This document shows, piece after piece, positions 37,811 to 47,458 of a DNA stretch of 64,000 nt. The stretch is from the NCBI GenBank assembly GCA_003278125.1, contig QCGX01000007.1, forward strand, positions 418-64,417, given 5' to 3'. The position numbers and the translations under genes are program-made. Position 1 is the stretch's first letter; every line of letters begins with the position of its first letter. Source of the DNA: Pelagibacteraceae bacterium AG-390-C22. Lineage in GTDB: Bacteria > Pseudomonadota > Alphaproteobacteria > Pelagibacterales > Pelagibacteraceae. The notes beneath the pieces were generated by a model, which did not search any database, was not told the origin of the DNA, and was given only the letters and a program-made list of their open reading frames with translations.

Positions 37811-39750
37811 GATAAACACTCCTCATAGTTGTTGTCTTTATTATTTGATTCTTGTTCTTTAGAATAAACGTTTTTAGTCACATCTGTTGATGATCCAGCC
37901 TGTACATTTTCTGCTCTTTGAATAGATTTAGATCTGCAGTAGTAAAGACTTTTAAGGCCTTTTTTCCATGCTTGAAAATGAATGGCGTGAAGTTCTTTCT
38001 TATGTATATCAGCAGGCACAAAAACGTTTATAGATTGAGCTTGTGAAATATGAGGAGTTCTATCTGCGCCTAACTCAACAATCCATCTTTGATCAATCTC
38101 AAAAGCTGTTTTAAAAGTATCTTTTTCCTCTGCTGTTAAAAAATCTAAATGTGAAACTGAGCCTTGATTTGTAGTAATACTGGACCAAACTTCATCTGTA
38201 TTCTTTTTATATTTTTCAAGAATTTTTTTTAAATATTTATTTCTTACATTAAAAGAACCCGATAAAGTTTTATGAGTATAGCTATTAGCTGCAATCGGTT
38301 CAATTCCAGGCGAAGATCCGCCACAGATAATTGAGATTGATGCTGTTGGAGCTATTGCTGTTTTATTAGAAAACCTTTCTTTAATTCCGTATTCTTCAGC
38401 ATCAGGGCAAGATCCTCTCTCTTCTGCCAGTGAAACTGATGCCGCATCTACTTTTTCTTGAATATTTTTAAATATCTTCTTATTCCAAACTTTACTCATA
38501 ACAGAGCCAAAAGGAATGTTTTTTTGTTGGAAAAAAGAATGTAAGCCCATAACTCCAAGACCTACGCTTCTTTCTCTCATTGCAGAATATTTAGCATGAG
38601 CAAATTCATCTGGAGCTCTATTAATAAAATCAGTCATAACGTTGTCCAAAAATCTCATTACATCTTCTACGAATTGAGAATCATCTTTCCATTGATCATA
38701 GGTATCGATGTTCAAGGATGAAAGACAGCAAACTGCCGTTCTTTGTTTACCATCATTATCCATTCCTGTCGGAAGGGTAATCTCGCTACAAAGATTTGAA
38801 GTTTTAACTTTTAAACCGGCTAGCTTATGATGTTGAGGTATTTGTCTATTAACAGTATCAATGTATATTATATATGGTTCTCCAGTTTCAATTCTCGCTG
38901 TAAGAAGTCTTATCCATAAATTTCTTGCTGGAAGAGTTGACTGAACAGTTCCATCGTAAGGACTTCGAAGTGCCCATTGACCATCTGTTTCTACTGCTCT
39001 CATAAAGTCATCAGTGACAAGAACTCCATGGTGTAGATTCAAAGATCTTCTATTAACATCTCCTCCAGTCGGTCTTCTCATTTCAATAAATTCTTCAATT
39101 TCTGGATGATCTATTTGTAAATAACAAGCTGCTGATCCTCTTCTTAGAGAACCTTGGCTAATTGCTAAAGTTAAAGAGTCCATAACTTTTATAAAAGGAA
39201 TAATTCCAGATGTCTTACCAACTTTACCTATTTTTTCTCCTATTGATCTCAAGTTGCCCCAATAACTTCCGATACCTCCCCCTCTTGCTGCTAACCAAAC
39301 ATTTTCTTCCCATAAATCTGTAATACCTTCTAAACTGTCATTTGCTTCATTTAAAAAACAAGAAATTGGCAAACCTCTTTCAGTTCCACCGTTTGATAAG
39401 ACAGGAGTTGCTGGCATAAACCAAAGATTGCTTATGTAATTATAAATTCTTTGAGCATGAAGATTGTCATCTGCATAAACACTTGCCACTCTAGCGAATA
39501 GATCTTGGAAACTCTCGCTCTGTCCTAGATACCTATCTTTAAGAGTTGCCTTACCAAAATCAGTTAAATTAGAGTCTCTAGATCGATCTATTTTAATTGT
39601 TATTCCTCTTTCGTTTTGAAAAAGTTCCGTTTCTCCCGATAAGGAAAATAAATCCGGTTTTTTTGGACCATTATTCTTTAATTCAACTTGATTTTTATGG
39701 TTTATGCTGCCGACAGCTTTCTCTATTGCCAATGATACATTTTTATTCAT
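37801..39750 (-). CDS. nrdA: Ribonucleotide reductase class I alpha subunit, short form without a recognisable ATP-cone
   Basis: FMPATPVLSNGG, NLCSEI (active-site Cys/Glu), PTASIS, and a C-terminal redox pair CLSCQ. 649 aa. Confidence 0.93.
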   Translation of the reverse strand: MNKNVSLAIEKAVGSINHKNQVELKNNGPKKPDLFSLSGETELFQNERGITIKIDRSRDSNLTDFGKATLKDRYLGQSESFQDLFARVASVYADDNLHAQRIYNYISNLWFMPATPVLSNGGTERGLPISCFLNEANDSLEGITDLWEENVWLAARGGGIGSYWGNLRSIGEKIGKVGKTSGIIPFIKVMDSLTLAISQGSLRRGSAACYLQIDHPEIEEFIEMRRPTGGDVNRRSLNLHHGVLVTDDFMRAVETDGQWALRSPYDGTVQSTLPARNLWIRLLTARIETGEPYIIYIDTVNRQIPQHHKLAGLKVKTSNLCSEITLPTGMDNDGKQRTAVCCLSSLNIDTYDQWKDDSQFVEDVMRFLDNVMTDFINRAPDEFAHAKYSAMRERSVGLGVMGLHSFFQQKNIPFGSVMSKVWNKKIFKNIQEKVDAASVSLAEERGSCPDAEEYGIKERFSNKTAIAPTASISIICGGSSPGIEPIAANSYTHKTLSGSFNVRNKYLKKILEKYKKNTDEVWSSITTNQGSVSHLDFLTAEEKDTFKTAFEIDQRWIVELGADRTPHISQAQSINVFVPADIHKKELHAIHFQAWKKGLKSLYYCRSKSIQRAENVQAGSSTDVTKNVYSKEQESNNKDNNYEECLSCQ

Positions 39751-39936
39751 ATTTTCTTTTTTTTTAGACGACTTATTAACAAAACAACTACATGTTGTGT
39801 TACACTTATGTTAATATACTATATAACATCAAAATCAATAGAACATTATAAGAACATTTAAATAAATTAGCAAGTGGAAAGTTTTGTTAATAAACATTTA
39901 ATAACAAATCATTATATTCTCTAGTATTTATAACTA

Positions 39937-41379
39937 ATGAAAATCAATCCAAACGGTTTTAGAGAGTATGATGCTAGATGGGTCTTTGAAAAGGAGATTG
40001 ATATTGAGGGAATCGCTAATTTAGGCAAGGGTTTGGGAACTCAAATTATAAATCATACAAAAAAAAATAATCCGAGAGTAATTGTTGGCCATGATTACAG
40101 GTCTTATAGTGAAAAAATCAAAAAAGCTCTTACAGAAGGTTTGATTTCAACTGGATGTAATGTTGAAGATGTGGGTTTATCTCTTTCACCAATGGTGTAC
40201 TTCGCGCAATTTAATTTAAATTCTGATGCGATAGCGATGGTTACAGCTAGTCATAATGAAAATGGATGGACTGGTGTGAAAATGGGTATCAAAAAAGGTT
40301 TAACACATGCTCCAGATGAAATGTCTGAGTTAAAAGAGATAACATTGAATAAAAAGTTTAAAAACGGCAAAGGCGACATTAAAAAAATTGATGATTTTAA
40401 AAATATATACATACAAGATTTAGTTCAAAAAAATAAAATTAGTAAAAAAATGAAAGTTGTAGTTGCTTGTGGAAATGGCACAGCTGGAGTTTTTGCACCA
40501 GATATTTTAAGAGGAATAGGTTGTGAAGTAATTGAATTAGATTGTGAATTAGATTGGTCGTTCCCGAAGTATAATCCAAATCCTGAGGATCTAGAAATGC
40601 TTCACGCTATATCGAAAGTAGTAAAAGATAATAATGCAGATATTGGATTTGGTTTTGATGGAGATGGAGACAGATGTGGTTTTATAGATGATAAAGGAAA
40701 TGAAATATTTTCAGACAAAATAGGTTTACTTATAGCCAGAAATCTTTCTGAAAATCATAAAAATTCCAAGTTTATTGTAGATGTAAAATCAACTGGACTT
40801 TTTACAAATGATAAAGTTCTAGCAAATAATAAATGTAAAACCATTTACTGGAAAACAGGTCATTCTCATATCAAAAGAAAAGTAAATATGGAAAAAGCAC
40901 TCGCAGGTTTTGAAAAGAGTGGACACTTTTTCTTCAATAAACCTTTAGGATATGGATATGACGACGGAATAAATTCTGCAATCCAAGTTTGTCATCTTTT
41001 AGCAAATCAAAATAAAAAAATTAGTGAAATTATTAAGGAATTGCCAAATACTTATCAAACCCCAACTATGGCACCTTTTTGTAAAGATGAAGAAAAATAT
41101 AAAGTTGTTGATGACATGGTTAAAAAAGTTCAAGAATTAAAACAAAAAGATACTAAAATAGATGGTCAATCAATTACAGAAGTTTTAACGGTTAATGGAA
41201 TAAGATTTTCTCTGGAAGACGGATCTTGGGGTTTAATTAGAGCATCTTCAAACAAACCATCTTTAGTAGTTGTTACGGAAAGCACAACATCAGAGGATAG
41301 AAAGAAAAAAATATTTGATTTTATTGACGGTCTGCTTCAAAAAACTGGAAAAATTGGTAAGTACGATCAAAAAATTTAA
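39937..41379 (+). CDS. Phosphomannomutase/phosphoglucomutase (alpha-D-phosphohexomutase family)
   Basis: Active-site TASHNENGWTG, metal loop GFDGDGDRCG, sugar loop GFEKSGH, and the phosphate-binding RASSNKP. Confidence 0.88.
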   Translation: MKINPNGFREYDARWVFEKEIDIEGIANLGKGLGTQIINHTKKNNPRVIVGHDYRSYSEKIKKALTEGLISTGCNVEDVGLSLSPMVYFAQFNLNSDAIAMVTASHNENGWTGVKMGIKKGLTHAPDEMSELKEITLNKKFKNGKGDIKKIDDFKNIYIQDLVQKNKISKKMKVVVACGNGTAGVFAPDILRGIGCEVIELDCELDWSFPKYNPNPEDLEMLHAISKVVKDNNADIGFGFDGDGDRCGFIDDKGNEIFSDKIGLLIARNLSENHKNSKFIVDVKSTGLFTNDKVLANNKCKTIYWKTGHSHIKRKVNMEKALAGFEKSGHFFFNKPLGYGYDDGINSAIQVCHLLANQNKKISEIIKELPNTYQTPTMAPFCKDEEKYKVVDDMVKKVQELKQKDTKIDGQSITEVLTVNGIRFSLEDGSWGLIRASSNKPSLVVVTESTTSEDRKKKIFDFIDGLLQKTGKIGKYDQKI

Positions 41380-42206
41380 AGTCTAAAGTATTCAAATAAA
41401 AACCTTGTACCAATAACTACTAAAAATAAACCAAAGTACTTTGTCATTTTCTTTTTATTTATTCTATGGCTGGCTTTTGCGCCTATTCTAGCCATGAAAG
41501 TAGTAATAGGAAAAAATATTAAGAACGCTGGTATATTTAAGAAACCAATACTCAAAGGTAAATTAGCATTTAAATAAGATCCTGAGATCAAAAAGCCTAC
41601 AGCTCCAAATAATGCAATTATAAAACCAATAGCTGCAGCACTTCCTATTGCTTTATTAATAGGATATCCAAAGAATTTTAAAATGGGCACATTCATTACC
41701 GCTCCTCCTATTCCCATAGGAGCAGAAATAAATCCACTTATTACACCCGACAATCCTTTAGCTAATAATCCCATTTTTATTTCTAATTTTTCTTCCTTTT
41801 CTTTAAGGAATAACAAATAAAAAGCTAAAAAATAGACAACTACAGTGAAGAATAAAATTAAAGGTTTAGTTTTTAAACTTGCAGCCAGAAAGGTTCCTAA
41901 AATAACTCCTATGGCTACAAAAAAACCATAACCTTTCACAATGCTAAAATCTACAGCTTTATGTTGGTGGTGAGTTAAAACTGAAACTATTGAGGTTGGA
42001 ATAATAATTCCAAAAGACGTTCCTACCGCTAAGTGCATTAAATAAGCTGGCTCAATTCCTAAAGCGCTAAAAATATAAAATAAAATAGGAACTGTAATTA
42101 AACCTCCACCTATTCCAAATAATCCAGCTGCGAAACCTGCAGGTATCGCAGTTGCAACCATTATAAGAATTAAATAAATTATTTCTGACTGTGAAAGAAT
42201 ATCCAA
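41376..42206 (-). CDS. TauE/SafE family sulfite/anion exporter-like membrane protein
   Basis: 276 aa with 7-8 TM helices. Duplicated G(I/L)GGG motifs (FGIGGGLITVP, GIGGAVMNVP). Confidence 0.8.
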   Translation of the reverse strand: MDILSQSEIIYLILIMVATAIPAGFAAGLFGIGGGLITVPILFYIFSALGIEPAYLMHLAVGTSFGIIIPTSIVSVLTHHQHKAVDFSIVKGYGFFVAIGVILGTFLAASLKTKPLILFFTVVVYFLAFYLLFLKEKEEKLEIKMGLLAKGLSGVISGFISAPMGIGGAVMNVPILKFFGYPINKAIGSAAAIGFIIALFGAVGFLISGSYLNANLPLSIGFLNIPAFLIFFPITTFMARIGAKASHRINKKKMTKYFGLFLVVIGTRFLFEYFRL

Positions 42207-42208
42207 AA

Positions 42209-43192
42209 TTATCTTTCTAATGACACTGGATTGGTTTTTTTAATCTGATCCATTATATGATTTACTTTTTGAAGATCAGCATCTCTAATACACATATTTT
42301 TTGAAAGGTATTGTTTCCAAGTTCTTGAACCATTTTGTCCATGAAATAAACCGACGGTATGTCTCATTATATGATTTAATTGTGTTCCTTTAGATGTTTC
42401 TTCCTGGATATAAGGTATTAAATTTTCCATAATCTCAGTTCTTGTAGGAACGTTTTGATTGTTAAATATTTCTTTTTCTATTTCAGCTAAAAAATAAGGA
42501 GAGTGATAAATAGCTCTACCAATCATAACACCATCAACTTTTAAAAAATGATTTTTAATATCATCAGTTGTTTTAACTCCACCATTTATAATTATTTCAT
42601 CATTTTTAAAATGATCTTTGAGCTTATAAACAAAATCATACTTCAATGGTGGGATATTTAAATTTTCTTTTGGGCTTAATTTCTTTAATAAAGCTTTTCT
42701 TGCGTGAATAATAAATTCTTTTGATCCAGCGTCTTTGGTCGTTTGAATAAAAGATTTTAAGAACTCAAAATTCTCAACTTCGTTGTAACCAATTCTTGTT
42801 TTAATTGTTACTGGTAGCTTTGTTGATTTTGCCATGGCTTCAATACACTTTGCTACAAGGTCAGGCTCTTGCATTAAACAAGCGCCAAATTTATTTTTTT
42901 GAACTTTTTTACTTGGGCAACCTAAATTAAAATTAATTTCTTTATATCCATAATCTTCAGCGATATTGCAAGCTTCTGCTAATTCTGATGGATTAGATCC
43001 ACCTATCTGCAAAGTCACAGGATTAGATATTTTTTTAAATGATAAAAGTTTATTTCTATCTCCTCTAATGATTGCATTAGCAACAATCATCTCTGAGAAA
43101 AGATGAACATTTTTACTAATTAAACTTAAAAAATATATTGCATGCTTATCAGTGCAATCCATCATTGGCGCCACTGAGACAGTCTTAATCAT
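42209..43192 (-). CDS. dusA: tRNA-dihydrouridine synthase A
   Basis: VAPMMDCTDKH, NFNLGCPS, HARKA and IINGG motifs. Confidence 0.9.
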   Translation of the reverse strand: MIKTVSVAPMMDCTDKHAIYFLSLISKNVHLFSEMIVANAIIRGDRNKLLSFKKISNPVTLQIGGSNPSELAEACNIAEDYGYKEINFNLGCPSKKVQKNKFGACLMQEPDLVAKCIEAMAKSTKLPVTIKTRIGYNEVENFEFLKSFIQTTKDAGSKEFIIHARKALLKKLSPKENLNIPPLKYDFVYKLKDHFKNDEIIINGGVKTTDDIKNHFLKVDGVMIGRAIYHSPYFLAEIEKEIFNNQNVPTRTEIMENLIPYIQEETSKGTQLNHIMRHTVGLFHGQNGSRTWKQYLSKNMCIRDADLQKVNHIMDQIKKTNPVSLER

Positions 43193-43195
43193 AAT

Positions 43196-43696
43196 TTATT
43201 CTGGCTTGTCGTCCTCTTCTACTGGAGCTTCTTCATTTAATTCAAGAGGAGCTTCTTCTGTTTCTAGATTTTCTTCTTTAATTTCTGGTTGTTCAGCTTT
43301 TAATTCAGATAAAGCTTCGTCTGCTAGGCTAGGTTTTTTTACTTCTGGGATTCTTCTAGTTCTCTTTGAAGGTAAAATCGCAACACCACTCTTAGAAATT
43401 TGACCTTTATAAAGGTTTTCAAAATCATCGTTAGTTTCTTCCTCTATCTCTTCTTGTTGTTCAGCCTCATCAGGTTCTTTTCTTAATCGTTTAATTGCAC
43501 TTTCTTCCAGCTCTTTTACTGAAACTTTTCCATCTCCTATCTCTCTCAGAGATATAATAGTTCTTTTGTCATTGTCTTCATCAACTAACATTGGAGCTCC
43601 AGCATTTAATTGAGCTGTTCTCTCTTTAGCTAACAAAACTAAGTCATATTGATTATCAATTTTTTCTAAACAGTCTTCGACGGTAATTCTTGCCAT
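43196..43696 (-). CDS. rpoZ: DNA-directed RNA polymerase omega subunit with a long acidic C-terminal extension
   Basis: MARITVEDCLEKIDNQYDLVLLAKERTAQL core. Residues about 75-166 are Glu/Asp/Pro-rich. Confidence 0.88.
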   Translation of the reverse strand: MARITVEDCLEKIDNQYDLVLLAKERTAQLNAGAPMLVDEDNDKRTIISLREIGDGKVSVKELEESAIKRLRKEPDEAEQQEEIEEETNDDFENLYKGQISKSGVAILPSKRTRRIPEVKKPSLADEALSELKAEQPEIKEENLETEEAPLELNEEAPVEEDDKPE

Positions 43697-43734
43697 GATG
43701 GTGAGTATATATTCAAATAATCTAAATAAATCAA

Positions 43735-44949
43735 TTATTTTTTGAGCTTAATTGGCTCTAAAGTTTTTCTTATCATTATTAAAAGAATTAATGAAATAAG
43801 GATATATGCACCTGAAATAAAAGCAATATTTTCAATGGTATAACCGTTATCAATTAATAATCCAAAAATCGCTGTTCCGAATGCTGTTGAAAAAACCATA
43901 AAAGCAGTTGTTAAAGCCTTAATAGAGCCAATAAATTTTACACCATAAATCTCAGCCCAGGTAGAAGAGCCAAGAACGTTTGCTAGTCCGTTAGATATAC
44001 CTATTAAACCTAGAAAAATAAAAGCAGAGACTTCATGTTGGTAATGAAACAAGACAATCATTGCCAAAAGCAAAGGAATATTCATTAAAGGAATTAACTT
44101 TCTGCTCGTAAATCTATCAACTAAAAAACCAGAAAAAAATAAAGTTATTATAGAGGCTATGGAATAAACCATAAAAGCTTTAGGTATAGTGTATATGCTC
44201 CACATTTTTGATTCAGAAATATAGGATTGATATACGAATACGCCTGTAGCTATCCAAGGCATAGCTAACATATTTAATGAAACAATATAAAATCTATAAT
44301 CTTTGATGACTTCTTTTCTCCTCCAGTTTTTAATTTTAATTTTTTTAAAATAGCTTTGATCTTTTTCTCTAGAGTCTAATTTAATATGTCTAATTGTATT
44401 TAAAACTATGAGTGGTAAAAATAAAATTATTAATATTGCAATTCCTTGCCAAACAGTCCTCCAAGAATAAATTACAAATAAATAAGTTATTAATACTGGT
44501 AAAATAAATTCTGCAGATGATAAGCCAAACCAGATTGTGCTGAGTGCTTTTCCTCTTGATCTTTCAAAAAATCTTGAGATTGTAGTTGTAGAGGCATGAC
44601 TCATTAAACCTTGACCAGAGAACCTCATTAAAAATATTCCAGCTGCTAAAAAATAGATGCTGTTTATAAGAGAAAAAAATATAGATGATAAAAACAATAA
44701 CAAAATAACAAAAAAAGAATAATAAATTATTTCATAATCATCAATTTTTTTACCAACCCAAATTAATAAAAGACTAGAAAAAATTGTTGCTGTTGCATAA
44801 ATATTTCCAAATTGGCCGTGGGTGATGCCTAATTCATTTCTAATTGGTGCGTTAAACAATCCCAGAAAAAAGCTCTGTCCAAAACTAGAAAAAAATGTAA
44901 ATATAAATCCAAATATAATTACTTTTTTATTTAAAGAGAGGTTAATCAT
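43735..44949 (-). CDS. MFS transporter
   Basis: 404 aa with about 12 TM helices in a 6+6 layout and a charged central loop. Confidence 0.75.
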   Translation of the reverse strand: MINLSLNKKVIIFGFIFTFFSSFGQSFFLGLFNAPIRNELGITHGQFGNIYATATIFSSLLLIWVGKKIDDYEIIYYSFFVILLLFLSSIFFSLINSIYFLAAGIFLMRFSGQGLMSHASTTTISRFFERSRGKALSTIWFGLSSAEFILPVLITYLFVIYSWRTVWQGIAILIILFLPLIVLNTIRHIKLDSREKDQSYFKKIKIKNWRRKEVIKDYRFYIVSLNMLAMPWIATGVFVYQSYISESKMWSIYTIPKAFMVYSIASIITLFFSGFLVDRFTSRKLIPLMNIPLLLAMIVLFHYQHEVSAFIFLGLIGISNGLANVLGSSTWAEIYGVKFIGSIKALTTAFMVFSTAFGTAIFGLLIDNGYTIENIAFISGAYILISLILLIMIRKTLEPIKLKK

Positions 44950-44951
44950 TT

Positions 44952-45821
44952 ATGACTTGTAAAGTTGCTTTCATAGGTTTGGGTGTTATGGGTTACCCTA
45001 TGGCAGGTTATATATCAAAAGCAGGTCACGATGTAACTGTTTATAATCGTACGAAAGCTAAAGCAGAAAAATGGACTAAAGAATATAAAGGTAAAATAGC
45101 TGATACTCCCGCAGATGCTGCAAAAGATTGTGATTTTATATTTACATGTGTTGGGAATGATAACGATCTAAGAGAAGTGACACTTGGTAATAAAGGGCTA
45201 TTCAATACAGCTAAAAAAGACTCGATCTATATAGATAATACAACAGCATCAGCAAATATAGCTAGAGAACTTTATAAAGAGGCAAAATCAAAAAGTTTTG
45301 ATTTCTTAGATGCCCCAATCTCAGGCGGACAAGCTGGCGCTGAAGGTGGAACTTTAACAGTTATGGTTGGTGGAGACGAAGCTCCATTTAAGAAAGCTGA
45401 GCCAGTAATAGACAGTTATAGTAAAAAAATTAAATTACTTGGGCCTTCTGGAAGTGGGCAGTTAACTAAAATGGTCAATCAAATTTGTATTGCTGGTTTA
45501 GTTCAAGGTTTGTCTGAAGGAATAAATTTTGGAATGAATGCTGGATTAAATATGCATGATGTTATCGAAGTAATATCAAAAGGAGCTGCTCAGTCTTGGC
45601 AAATGGATAATAGACATAAGACAATGATAGAAGATAAATTTGATTATGGTTTTGCAGTTGATTGGATGAGAAAAGATTTAAAAATAGCAATGGATGAAGC
45701 AAAAAAAAATAACTCACCCTTGCCAATTACAAAATTAATAGACGAGTACTACAGTGAAGTTCAAAAGATGGGCGGTCAAAGATGGGATACATCGAGCTTA
45801 ATTAAAAGATTTAGGAAATAA
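44952..45821 (+). CDS. NAD(P)-dependent 3-hydroxyisobutyrate / beta-hydroxyacid dehydrogenase family
   Basis: Rossmann fold AFIGLGVMGYPMA, DAPISGG and the catalytic Lys region LTKMVNQ. Confidence 0.85.
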   Translation: MTCKVAFIGLGVMGYPMAGYISKAGHDVTVYNRTKAKAEKWTKEYKGKIADTPADAAKDCDFIFTCVGNDNDLREVTLGNKGLFNTAKKDSIYIDNTTASANIARELYKEAKSKSFDFLDAPISGGQAGAEGGTLTVMVGGDEAPFKKAEPVIDSYSKKIKLLGPSGSGQLTKMVNQICIAGLVQGLSEGINFGMNAGLNMHDVIEVISKGAAQSWQMDNRHKTMIEDKFDYGFAVDWMRKDLKIAMDEAKKNNSPLPITKLIDEYYSEVQKMGGQRWDTSSLIKRFRK

Positions 45822-45824
45822 AGT

Positions 45825-46424
45825 ATGCAGCCAGCATACTATGAAAATTTAGAAGAAATTCAAAAAAAATTTTGGTCAATGTTGGATGATGCTGTGGTTA
45901 ATAGAAGTTCGCCTTTTAGGATACCAGTTTTCATTTGTACTGATCAAAATGATATTGATGGAAGGATAGTAGTTTTAAGAAAGTCAGATAAAGAAAAAAA
46001 TGTATTGCAATTTCACACTGATCTTAGGTCTCCAAAAGTAGATATCCTAAAGAAAAATAATAATGCTTCTTTAGTTTTTTACGATAAAGAGGAAAAAATC
46101 CAATTAAGAGTAAAAGTTACTTGTAAAATTAATAATAAAAATTCAATAGCTGAAGAATCCTGGAAAAAAACTCAACACATAAGTAGACGTTGTTACCTTA
46201 CAGATAGTGGGCCTGGATCTATATCAGAGAGTCCAACATCGGGAATGATTTCTAAATTAGAAGATTTTGATTACACAATGGAGCAAAGTGAAAAAGGTTA
46301 TGAAAATTTTACAGTTATCAAATGTAAAATTAAATCTATTGAGTGGCTATACTTAGCTGCTAAAGGTCACCGTAGAGCTATATTTGATTTTGAAAATAAT
46401 AAAAAAAATTGGTTAGTTCCCTAA
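45825..46424 (+). CDS. Pyridoxamine 5'-phosphate oxidase-like FMN-binding protein
   Basis: Size and split-barrel pattern (RIVVLRK...LQFHTDLRSPK) resemble PNPOx-related proteins. Confidence 0.6.
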   Translation: MQPAYYENLEEIQKKFWSMLDDAVVNRSSPFRIPVFICTDQNDIDGRIVVLRKSDKEKNVLQFHTDLRSPKVDILKKNNNASLVFYDKEEKIQLRVKVTCKINNKNSIAEESWKKTQHISRRCYLTDSGPGSISESPTSGMISKLEDFDYTMEQSEKGYENFTVIKCKIKSIEWLYLAAKGHRRAIFDFENNKKNWLVP

Positions 46425-46441
46425 AAACCCTATTGCCCTAA

Positions 46442-47458
46442 TTACTTACATTGAATTTTTAGTTTAAAATAAGCATTAGCATTGCCACATGCTATTAGTG
46501 ATGCAGTATTTTCATTTAAAGAGGCAAGAGCTTTACGCCAAAAATAAACTCTTTGCTTGTAATTTTTCTTCCAATGGTGATCAAATACGTTATCAATAGC
46601 AAATACAAATCGATGAGGGTTTTCATTCATCAAAGTCTTCCATTTGTTTTTTAAATTATCTTTTTTATTGAACAAAGTTATCCATCCTGTTTGTGCTTTA
46701 CCTAATCTTTTTCTTTTCTCATTTTTTGCTCTATAGGGGTCAGAATGTGAAGTAATAAAATGAACATTTTTTGTATTTTTTAAAATAAACTTTGCTTCTT
46801 TAAACTCAATTTGCGCCATATGCATTAGTAGAAAAATTTTATTTGGGTGTTCATTACCTATTTCTACTAGTTGGTCTAATATTTTTTTTGAGTCTTCCTC
46901 ATAATCATTCAATTCAACATGTAAAATTACAGGCACGTCATCCTTAAAAACAATATCTATTGCCTTCTTTATTCTATAAGACTTTAAATCAAGATTTATC
47001 CCCGCATATTTAAGCTTTTCATGATCATGGGGAGCATGCTGCACTATGATTTCTCCAAAACCTACATAGTTAATTTTACTATTGACCGCTTGTCTTTTTA
47101 ATTCTTTAATTCCTCTTATAGCTTCATTTGCGTCTTTATTCTTTCTAGCAAAACCTTTTAATTTTGTTGAAATTAAGTACCTTACCTTACCTTGTGTTTG
47201 TTTTTGAATTGATTTGTATCTTTTAGTAGCATTTTCATGTTTTCCTCTCATTGATAATAGAGTTAGATAAACATCATTATTATTTATCTCTTTAGATACT
47301 TCTTCATTGCTTATTAAAATTCCAACCTGACTATGAGCGTCGATTAATGTTCCATTATAAATGGTTTCTCCATTAGCTGTTTTGAAATTAAATAATAAAA
47401 AAGTTAAGAAAAAAATAACAAAGCAACTATTTTTTATACTTTTTATAGTTCTCAACAT
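46442..47458 (-). CDS. Secreted hypothetical protein (possible TIM-barrel metal-dependent hydrolase fold)
   Basis: Signal-like N-terminus. LIDAHSQ, ILHVE, LLMHMAQ and FAIDN spaced like amidohydrolase beta-strand ends; this evidence is weak. Confidence 0.4.
   Translation of the reverse strand: MLRTIKSIKNSCFVIFFLTFLLFNFKTANGETIYNGTLIDAHSQVGILISNEEVSKEINNNDVYLTLLSMRGKHENATKRYKSIQKQTQGKVRYLISTKLKGFARKNKDANEAIRGIKELKRQAVNSKINYVGFGEIIVQHAPHDHEKLKYAGINLDLKSYRIKKAIDIVFKDDVPVILHVELNDYEEDSKKILDQLVEIGNEHPNKIFLLMHMAQIEFKEAKFILKNTKNVHFITSHSDPYRAKNEKRKRLGKAQTGWITLFNKKDNLKNKWKTLMNENPHRFVFAIDNVFDHHWKKNYKQRVYFWRKALASLNENTASLIACGNANAYFKLKIQCK

Noticed and set aside
39784-39830. NrdR boxes upstream of nrdA.
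   Set aside because: The right half (TGTTGTGT) resembles the remembered consensus acaCwAtATaTwGtgt. The left half and a putative second box about 32 bp away match poorly, at roughly 9/16 by hand. This is too weak to annotate as NrdR sites, so it is reported only as unexplained repeats.
43152-43403. An 83 aa Ser/Gly-rich + strand ORF spanning the dusA/rpoZ junction.
   Set aside because: Its Ser-rich composition is just the reverse-complement reading of the Glu-rich (GAA/GAG) acidic tail of rpoZ.
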